This document shows, piece by piece, positions 46,417 through 53,276 of a DNA stretch of 53,276 nt. Below the pieces are notes generated by a model that saw only the letters and a program-made list of their open reading frames with translations, was not told the DNA's origin and ran no database searches. The stretch's first letter is position 1. Every line of letters begins with the position of its first letter. The stretch lies in the IMG/VR virus record IMGVR_UViG_3300020477_000035, positions 1 through 53,276 of that record, one strand, 5' to 3'. The DNA comes from a virus. Lineage: Duplodnaviria > Caudoviricetes. The position numbers and the translations under genes are program-made.

Positions 46417-48963
46417 TTAAAATGGTAATGCTACATTTCTACTGCCATTTGCCTCAAAATCTGTCTTATATTGCGTTATCATTGTATTCATACTTCTAAC
46501 TGTTTTTAAACCACCAAAATAACTATAAGTAAATATCTGCTCACTACCATAATTACCTATTGATGAATCTGCTTGTTTCTGAATAACTGCTGTAGCAGTC
46601 GCTGTTGTACCTGAAACAGGTGCATCTATTGTAATTGTTGGCAAACTGGTATATCCAACACCAGGATTTGTGATAGTAATGCTAACCACTTTATCAACAT
46701 CTGCCCCTGTACCCATAACAGCAGTAGCAGTAGCTTGTGTCCCACTAGCAGGTGCTGAAATTGTTACATTTGGAATAGCTGCATATCCTGAGCCTTGCTC
46801 GAATATTACCATTTTGTTAATTCTACCATCATCTACTCTCTGACTAAATCCTGGCTGAGTATTGAACTTATGATGATCGAAAGTTCTTTTAAGAGGACCT
46901 AATCGTTTTTGTGTATAAGATTTAGTATTTGGAAACACCCAACCATAATCATCAGCAGGTTGTGTTGCCGTTTGATCTGGACTACCATAATCTGCATCTG
47001 GTTGTGATGCTACAATATCTGTTTGTTTATAATCAAGAAATCCATCTAATTTTTGTAATTTTTGAATATGTAAATCTTTTTCATAGTTCTGACACTTAGT
47101 TGGTTTGAAAGTAAATCTTTCTTTTGTGATTAAATCATAATCTTCCATTCCAAGATCAGTAACACCACTAGTTACATCCGTATCAGTAATTAATCCAAAA
47201 TTTGTTGGTGAACAAATACCTATATCAAATGGAAACTCAGGATCTTCAACACAACCAATATTAACAGGTGCTATGGTAGAAGCTGGTTCTGTAATAGTTC
47301 CAAAATCATCAGTATCACCAACAACAGCTGATAATGTTTCTGCACCAGGTTGGTAATCTTCATTTGCAGGATCATTAGCTTCTGATTCTGTAATAAGCTT
47401 ATAATCTATTGTTATGTGAGTTAAGTCAAATCCACCATAATCATCAGCTTCTATATATTCTCTTATATCTTGTTCAGCATCACAAGTCTCAATATCCAAG
47501 TCAAGAATAACTGGAGGTCCAATACTTTCATCATGGAAGATAATAGTATATCTATCCAATGTATCTGGAATGATATTAGTAAGACTTAGTTGTAATGGAA
47601 TATTAGATATTAATTGGTATCTTCCAAATAATGCTAGACCAGCTGGATGGACAACACGCTTAACAACATCTCTCCATTTGTCAATCGTATGACCAGATGC
47701 AATCTCATAAGAGAATAGTTGATAGAAAAAACTATCTTGAATATACTTGTCTGAGCTTAACCAACCATCTTGAGATGCAAAGTTAGGAGTTGGATTTTCA
47801 TTATATCCACCTACATTAACAATAGCTGTTGCATTACCAGAACCTAAACCAGTTAGATCAAGTGTTGGTGCTGGAGAATAGGCAAAACCTGAATTAACAA
47901 CTTCAAAAGATTTTATACCTCCAATACCAGTACCTTCAATATTAAAAACTATATCTGCACCAGTTCCCGAACCACCAGAAATAATTGGAAGAGCAGTATA
48001 ACCAGAACCAAAATTCTCCATCCAAAGTCTTATTATAGTCCCATTAGTATCAACTTCTTTAACACATAGGCTTGCAGTTCTACCATCTATCGTTAATACA
48101 CCTGTATTGTCAATAGTAAGTTTATCACCTATCTTATATCCAGTACCACCATTATTAATTGTAACTCCACTCATTGAACCTGTATTCAAATCTTTAATAC
48201 GAATAAGACCACCAGACCCAAGACCACCACCTGACAATCTAACAATTTCTCCAGCTGTATATAATGTTCCAGGATTTGTTATTGTAACACTTGTAATGAT
48301 AGAACCAACATTAAAACTATATGAACCATCTGTTATTACTTCATTAGCTTCAAAGACACCCAAGACACCAGATAGATAAAGTGTACTTACACGATAACTA
48401 CCAATAAACTCTGTTATTGAATTTTCAACAACTGCTGTTGCACCAGATGTTTGACCAGTAATTAGTTTACCAACAAGCTTACCAATAGTACCATCAGGGT
48501 CTATCAGTCTTAATACTTTACTCGTATCATACTTACCATCAGATACTCTTAAAATATCTTCGCGAGGTAAACTAATAGTAATTTCTTCTTTATATAATAA
48601 TCGAAATAAAAACTCAAATGATCTAGCAGTCCCCTTTGTTCGATAGAAATCTCTAAGACGTTTTAATAGAAATGGCTTATTGACATTAGTAAAGATTGCT
48701 TCTGGTATATCTTCACCAAATTGTTTTTTGAAGTATTGTAAAAACTCTGTAACAGTTTTATCAATATTAGCATAGTTATCAAGATTACCAATAATCTCAT
48801 GGGCCTTACCAGGCTGTTCCATATATTCAAAGTAAGCCTCCATAAAGGAAACAAAAGTCTCATGGTCTTTCTTTACAAAATCAGGTAACTGACTTTCTAC
48901 TTTAAGACTTACCTTATCCTCATATGGAGGATGTATTGGATGATTTGGTGTTACTGTACTCAT
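46417..48963 (-). CDS. gp7: Baseplate wedge initiator gp7-like
   Basis: SQLPDFV..F..AYFEY, DFYRTKGT.RS..FLFRLLY, IQDSFFYQLFSYEI..W...VKRVVHPAG; position between gp6 and gp8. Confidence 0.85.
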   Translation of the reverse strand: MSTVTPNHPIHPPYEDKVSLKVESQLPDFVKKDHETFVSFMEAYFEYMEQPGKAHEIIGNLDNYANIDKTVTEFLQYFKKQFGEDIPEAIFTNVNKPFLLKRLRDFYRTKGTARSFEFLFRLLYKEEITISLPREDILRVSDGKYDTSKVLRLIDPDGTIGKLVGKLITGQTSGATAVVENSITEFIGSYRVSTLYLSGVLGVFEANEVITDGSYSFNVGSIITSVTITNPGTLYTAGEIVRLSGGGLGSGGLIRIKDLNTGSMSGVTINNGGTGYKIGDKLTIDNTGVLTIDGRTASLCVKEVDTNGTIIRLWMENFGSGYTALPIISGGSGTGADIVFNIEGTGIGGIKSFEVVNSGFAYSPAPTLDLTGLGSGNATAIVNVGGYNENPTPNFASQDGWLSSDKYIQDSFFYQLFSYEIASGHTIDKWRDVVKRVVHPAGLALFGRYQLISNIPLQLSLTNIIPDTLDRYTIIFHDESIGPPVILDLDIETCDAEQDIREYIEADDYGGFDLTHITIDYKLITESEANDPANEDYQPGAETLSAVVGDTDDFGTITEPASTIAPVNIGCVEDPEFPFDIGICSPTNFGLITDTDVTSGVTDLGMEDYDLITKERFTFKPTKCQNYEKDLHIQKLQKLDGFLDYKQTDIVASQPDADYGSPDQTATQPADDYGWVFPNTKSYTQKRLGPLKRTFDHHKFNTQPGFSQRVDDGRINKMVIFEQGSGYAAIPNVTISAPASGTQATATAVMGTGADVDKVVSITITNPGVGYTSLPTITIDAPVSGTTATATAVIQKQADSSIGNYGSEQIFTYSYFGGLKTVRSMNTMITQYKTDFEANGSRNVALPF

Positions 48964-48964
48964 A

Positions 48965-50794
48965 TTAGATTAATGTTTCTGCTACCATGTTAATTGTTAT
49001 TGATGTTGCTTCTGCTGAGTCATAAGTTAAAATTTGTTCTCTCAATGGTGTTATATCACTATTGTTAATTTCTGGTGTTACAGTAAATTTTACATGATTA
49101 CTTCCATCAACAATAGATACTGGTGTAAATTTATTTACAACAACTTTTCCCGTATCATAATCTATTGTTCCATGATTAGTAGAGCCATCAGTTTGTATTA
49201 AAAACTGTCTAGGCTCAGTAATTACAGTATCAACACATCTAGCTGCCATAACATTTCCTTTACTATCATCAACAAAACAATATGTATTACCATCTGTTCC
49301 AGTAAAGGTAGTAGAATGAACACTTCCCTTTTCTAACTTATTAGTAAAGTACATAGTAAAGTTCTCTGGAACATTCAGAGCTGTTGGTATCATTCGCTGT
49401 TGATATTTTACCAATGTTTTATTATTTCTAATAGAGTTATTAGTATTATCAATAGCTTGTACTAATTTTGAATGACGAAATTTCTGATCGAATTTTTCCA
49501 GATTTGTTTGAACATAACTTTTTATAGCTGTATCAATATTTGTCTTTAGTGTATTCTCGTCTGTTAAATTTTTAATTGGATCATAATTTATAGTAGATTC
49601 AATAACAAGATAAAAGAAAATAGGATCGACAATAACTGGCTCAACTGTTACAACATTTACATTTTTTAGTATATCTCTTTTAATAGATTCTTTAGCATTC
49701 TCATTTAAAAAATTATTTCCAAATATCTTAACTGCAACAAATACTCTACCATACTGGACTGTATCTGCATCCTCACCACCATATACTTTTACTGATTCTA
49801 TATCAGGACGCTGTTCCAATAAAAGAGCTTGATAATCAAACTTTGTTGTAGCTCTTCTTTGTGCTTGATAAAGTTTTGGTGCTTGGAAACGTAATGATTC
49901 TATACTCTGAATCTCGGCCCCACCTGTTGCAACTTCAGTTGTAGTCAATACATATCGTTCAGAAGATAAACCAGCAACACTACCAACAGCAGTAAATGCA
50001 GCTGCAAAATTAGCAGCAGCTCCTTTTGTTACAACATATTCAACAAAAATAACATTACCATCTGACAATGCACTACCTATCGTTCCATCACCAAAAGAAA
50101 TTTCATATAATTCATCTTCTACTTCTTGAGTAAAATAAACTTTATCTGTTCCCTTGATAGTTGTAACATCTACTGCATTACCATCTGTGTATGTAAAGAC
50201 CTCAGTATCACTAACAGATTTTTGAACTTTTACAGAAAGAGTGCTAAGATCAACATTTCTATTTGGAATAACAAATCTTTGTGTGGTATCAACTGCATTA
50301 ACTACAAAAGCTTTATTTAAAATTTGACCTTCTACAATTTCTAAACCAGTAATAGAATATGTACCCGTAACAGAACGTGGAATAGCCGTAGTTGTATTTG
50401 TCGTAAATGTATAAGATACACCATCAATACTTGTACTGAATTTAGTATCTTTTTCTATGGTTAAAGAAAGTGGAGTTCCTACTGGTGTGAACGTCATACT
50501 AATTTTAGCCTTTGCAGCTTTCTTAGATGTGCTATGTACGTTGAGATGTTGAGAATGTGATACAACTGATTCTCTTAGTGAGGAAGAATCCAAGAACATT
50601 TCGTTACCAAGCATATTAGCATAATAACTCATATAATGTGTATTATAAGCAAGCAAATCTAATAATACTGCCATACCACTACCTTCAAAATCATAATCTT
50701 GAAATTCCACTTGGCCCTTCAAATATCCAACTAAGTTTGATTTAATAGTATCAAATTCTAATTCTGTTATTTCTAATTTATTTGAACTTGGCAT
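48965..50794 (-). CDS. gp6: Baseplate wedge subunit gp6
   Basis: LEFDTIKSNL..FQDYDFEGSG..LLDLLAYNTHY..ANM..NE.FLDSS.LRESVVS; FGDG; Q.RA.T..DY. Confidence 0.95.
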   Translation of the reverse strand: MPSSNKLEITELEFDTIKSNLVGYLKGQVEFQDYDFEGSGMAVLLDLLAYNTHYMSYYANMLGNEMFLDSSSLRESVVSHSQHLNVHSTSKKAAKAKISMTFTPVGTPLSLTIEKDTKFSTSIDGVSYTFTTNTTTAIPRSVTGTYSITGLEIVEGQILNKAFVVNAVDTTQRFVIPNRNVDLSTLSVKVQKSVSDTEVFTYTDGNAVDVTTIKGTDKVYFTQEVEDELYEISFGDGTIGSALSDGNVIFVEYVVTKGAAANFAAAFTAVGSVAGLSSERYVLTTTEVATGGAEIQSIESLRFQAPKLYQAQRRATTKFDYQALLLEQRPDIESVKVYGGEDADTVQYGRVFVAVKIFGNNFLNENAKESIKRDILKNVNVVTVEPVIVDPIFFYLVIESTINYDPIKNLTDENTLKTNIDTAIKSYVQTNLEKFDQKFRHSKLVQAIDNTNNSIRNNKTLVKYQQRMIPTALNVPENFTMYFTNKLEKGSVHSTTFTGTDGNTYCFVDDSKGNVMAARCVDTVITEPRQFLIQTDGSTNHGTIDYDTGKVVVNKFTPVSIVDGSNHVKFTVTPEINNSDITPLREQILTYDSAEATSITINMVAETLI

Positions 50795-51204
50795 TATCTA
50801 AGCCTCTCTAAAAATAATTCGATTGTTACAGGATCAGCTACATTAATGACCCTAAAAGTAATTGTTACATTAACTCCATTTCTATCTGGCTTAACAGAAA
50901 CAAAAACATTTATTACTTCTGCACGTGGCTCAAAATTTCTAATAGTATTTTTAATAGCATACTCTATATCAGCCTTAGTTCTTGGAGTAGCATTTTCAAA
51001 TAAATATCTTGTAACACCACCATCTATCTCTGGTTGAAATGGACGCTCATACCGATTAGTGAGAATCAAGTTTCGGATTGATCTCTTTACAGCCTCTACA
51101 TCTGTCTTTTTTACAATATCTTTAGTAGTAGGGTGCTTGATAAAGTCTAAATCAAGATCACTCCACCTTCTAGTATTGGTGCTGAGGCCTTTTGTAAATA
51201 TCAT
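50794..51204 (-). CDS. gp25: Baseplate wedge subunit gp25
   Basis: SDLDLDF..HP..KD..AVKRSIRNLILTN..ERPFQP..I..FEPR; directly upstream of gp6. Confidence 0.95.
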   Translation of the reverse strand: MIFTKGLSTNTRRWSDLDLDFIKHPTTKDIVKKTDVEAVKRSIRNLILTNRYERPFQPEIDGGVTRYLFENATPRTKADIEYAIKNTIRNFEPRAEVINVFVSVKPDRNGVNVTITFRVINVADPVTIELFLERLR

Positions 51205-51221
51205 TTTTTTAACCTTTTTCC

Positions 51222-51250
51222 TTGTATTGCTATTTTTTTTGTGTTAGTAT
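51222..51250 (+). promoter_or_regulatory. Candidate sigma70-type promoter, antisense to the late genes
   Basis: TTGTAT, 17 nt, TAGTAT with extended -10 TG at 51242-51243. Confidence 0.45.
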
Positions 51251-51272
51251 TGATATGTGGGTGGGTTCAAGT

Positions 51273-51419
51273 TTACTTTCTTCCCTGTCCCCTATAGCGT
51301 TTCCAACATCTTCTCTTATGTTTATTCTTTGGTGTACTTCTCGTTGGATGAGCTCCAATAGATGTAACTTTCTTAATACGTTCTTTCTTTACTGAATCTA
51401 ATCCTTTAGCTTTAGCCAT
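51273..51419 (-). CDS. Small basic protein ending YRGQGRK (48 aa; not in ORF track)
   Basis: Manual translation MAKAKGLDSVKKERIKKVTSIGAHPTRSTPKNKHKRRCWKRYRGQGRK*; AAGGAG SD. A YRGQG peptide upstream of gp25 is a recurrent feature of marine T4-like phages (recalled, not searched). Confidence 0.85.
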   Translation of the reverse strand: MAKAKGLDSVKKERIKKVTSIGAHPTRSTPKNKHKRRCWKRYRGQGRK

Positions 51420-51428
51420 TGTGTCTCC

Positions 51429-52898
51429 TTAATATAATTTACCGAAAGGACCGAAATAATATTTTTGTCCTTTCTTCTGTGCGAAGTAATAAGCCATTGT
51501 AGCAAACTTGGTTAAATTTTTGTTGTCTTTTAGTCTGGCCAATAAATATGTAAAATCTACCATTTGCATCATGGTTGCATTTTCAGTATCTAAACCAAAG
51601 GCTGCATAAGATTTTTGTAAATTTGCTACAAGTTTATCTAAATGTGGAAATTTTCCAAAAGTCGATATAATCTTATTAACTTTTTTTTGCCATATCAGTT
51701 TTTCATCTTTTCCAAATTTTTCAGGTAGTAAAGACCCCTGTGGCATTTCTCTTGCATCAGTTTTATTTAAAGCTTTAATTTGATTCTCAAGCCATGACTT
51801 TAATTCAGGCTTAGGAACTTTACCTAAAAAAGCAGATGCACCTTCAGCTGCTAAAAATTCATATGTTATATTTCCTACACCTTTACCAGTATTAGATTTA
51901 TATGCACATTTAAAAGATTTTTTACTAGCAGTATCTATAACATAAAAATAAGAAGTCTTTGACAAAAAACCTTTTTTCTCATCATATTCACAATCCATCT
52001 CAATTCTATCAAACTTAACATTTGGTAATTTTTGTGTATTGCTCTTTGCTTCTAAATTAAATTCTGTAAAATTTAATTTTTTACGATCAGATTTTTTTAA
52101 AGAAATTCCACAAATATCATGTTCCCTATATGCTTTTTTTAAAATTTCATTAAGCTCACCAACTGCCTTCATTTCATTTTTACCATAAATTCCATCATCT
52201 AATTTTGTTTTTATTTTATCAAAATCTTTAATATATTTCTTTTGTATTACATTACTCTTTACTAGCCATATATCGGCCGGATTCCAAGAATCTTTTTTAC
52301 TGTATAAATCTAAATCTTTAGTAACGAAATCACTAATATAATCCATGAAGCTACCAGCACCATCATAAAGATATACACCATAGCTTGAATTTGGAAATTT
52401 ACTTAGACCAGTTATATCATTAAATTGTAATTCAAAATGATCCCACCATTCACTTAATTTAGGTAAATCAGGAAATATTTTTTTTATATCTTTTCCTTTA
52501 TTAAATAATTCAGTAAATGATTTCCACGTTTTTGTATCATCACCTAAAACATTTTTAATAATTAATAATGTTATTTGTTCTTGTTCTGGTGTACTAATTT
52601 TTATTTCTTTAGAACTAAAAACTGTTTTTTCTATTTGAGTCCAACCTAATGTTTCAAACTTCTTATCTCTTTTCTGAGGTGCTATAATATCAAATTGATT
52701 TTCTCTTACAAATTCTTCTGCTTCTAAATATTCATGTTTTTTAACCAATGCTGCAAATTTTGCAAAATTACTTTTTTTACCTATATCTATTTCATAGTTT
52801 TTCTTATTAATAGCTTTTACAATACCCTTATCTTTTATAATACGAGCAACCACTTCATCAGCATATTGGCCTACTTTTTGATATGAAAAACTAGACAT
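51429..52898 (-). CDS. Putative PD-(D/E)XK-family endonuclease (free-standing, Hef-like)
   Basis: Motifs EQE, KDSWNPADIWLV and GISLKK; Lys-rich, with a more AT-rich composition than the flanking structural genes. Confidence 0.6.
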   Translation of the reverse strand: MSSFSYQKVGQYADEVVARIIKDKGIVKAINKKNYEIDIGKKSNFAKFAALVKKHEYLEAEEFVRENQFDIIAPQKRDKKFETLGWTQIEKTVFSSKEIKISTPEQEQITLLIIKNVLGDDTKTWKSFTELFNKGKDIKKIFPDLPKLSEWWDHFELQFNDITGLSKFPNSSYGVYLYDGAGSFMDYISDFVTKDLDLYSKKDSWNPADIWLVKSNVIQKKYIKDFDKIKTKLDDGIYGKNEMKAVGELNEILKKAYREHDICGISLKKSDRKKLNFTEFNLEAKSNTQKLPNVKFDRIEMDCEYDEKKGFLSKTSYFYVIDTASKKSFKCAYKSNTGKGVGNITYEFLAAEGASAFLGKVPKPELKSWLENQIKALNKTDAREMPQGSLLPEKFGKDEKLIWQKKVNKIISTFGKFPHLDKLVANLQKSYAAFGLDTENATMMQMVDFTYLLARLKDNKNLTKFATMAYYFAQKKGQKYYFGPFGKLY

Positions 52899-52912
52899 AC
52901 CCTCTTACCCCT

Positions 52913-52920
52913 TATTTATA
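52913..52920 (-). promoter_or_regulatory. T4-type late promoter TATAAATA
   Basis: Exact consensus just upstream of the nuclease start. Confidence 0.7.
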
Positions 52921-52935
52921 ACCCTAATCTAAATT

Positions 52936-53276
52936 TTATCCAAATGTTGATAAGTTTGGATAATCTTTAATATCAAGTGAGTTGATACCAAAGCGTCTCC
53001 GTATATCTAATACATCTTCATTTATATCAAACTTCTCTAAATGAATATTTCTCTTGCGTCGTGTCGTACCATAGGAATAACCACGATTAAATTCTTTGAC
53101 TTCCTCTGCACCAAATCTATATCCACTTGGATATAGCACTCTAGCACAAAGTAGAAATAGCCATTTAACTAAACCATTAGATGATTCACTATTGCCCATA
53201 GTGAACCCTATTACCATTGCTTCGTCTTTAACATCCATACCCCTGCTAAGTAAGATATGAATAATGTCGTGATTGT
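52936..53276 (-). CDS. Coq4-like HDxxH(x11)E metal-binding protein, 5' end outside the window
   Basis: The frame of 52936..53238 stays open to the window edge, adding NHDIIHILLSRG before MDVKDEA and giving HDIIH-x11-E. Confidence 0.65.
   Translation of the reverse strand, partial: NHDIIHILLSRGMDVKDEAMVIGFTMGNSESSNGLVKWLFLLCARVLYPSGYRFGAEEVKEFNRGYSYGTTRRKRNIHLEKFDINEDVLDIRRRFGINSLDIKDYPNLSTFG

Noticed and set aside
805-51247. Numerous plus-strand and out-of-frame minus-strand ORFs in the track (e.g. 805..1092, 16975..17307, 18480..19070, 13551..14003, 34397..34807)
   Set aside because: They overlap well-supported minus-strand genes and have the composition expected of shadow frames (poly-Pro opposite poly-Gly, V/L/M/Q-rich shifted frames).
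1-53276. Host assignment (cyanobacterium versus heterotroph)
   Set aside because: No diagnostic host-derived genes in the window; frequent AGGA/GGAG SD motifs are only weakly suggestive.

Overview
AT-rich fragment of a T4-like (Tevenvirinae/Kyanoviridae-type, probably marine) myovirus genome. Essentially every real gene is on the minus strand. In transcription order (right to left): a Coq4-motif protein truncated by the window edge, a late-promoter PD-(D/E)XK-like nuclease, a small basic YRGQG peptide, and the baseplate wedge block (gp25, gp6, gp7, gp8, large DUF4815/VrlC-like virion protein). Then come about 38 kb of tail-fibre/adhesin-type genes: three Mtd_N-like proteins, two 2OG-Fe(II) oxygenases, four Gly-rich proteins, LamG/discoidin/SPRY proteins, six paralogous Kelch-like beta-propeller proteins and a 1292-aa repeat fibre. 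The block ends in an intrinsic terminator, followed by a small membrane protein. Eight exact T4 late promoter octamers (TATAAATA) sit in intergenic positions. The most striking unexplained structure is a modular adhesin repertoire. Nine genes share one adaptor domain but carry different heads. The propeller genes are punctuated by a conserved ~30-bp stop/promoter/SD spacer, two copies of which border apparent deletion scars. Exact 27-47-bp DNA patches are shared between distant fibre genes, and short terminal peptide motifs (MAIALG, DGGxF, MAY[IL]G, QxRRG/IKRS) recur like plugs and sockets. Family names were assigned by motif recognition only; no database search was run.
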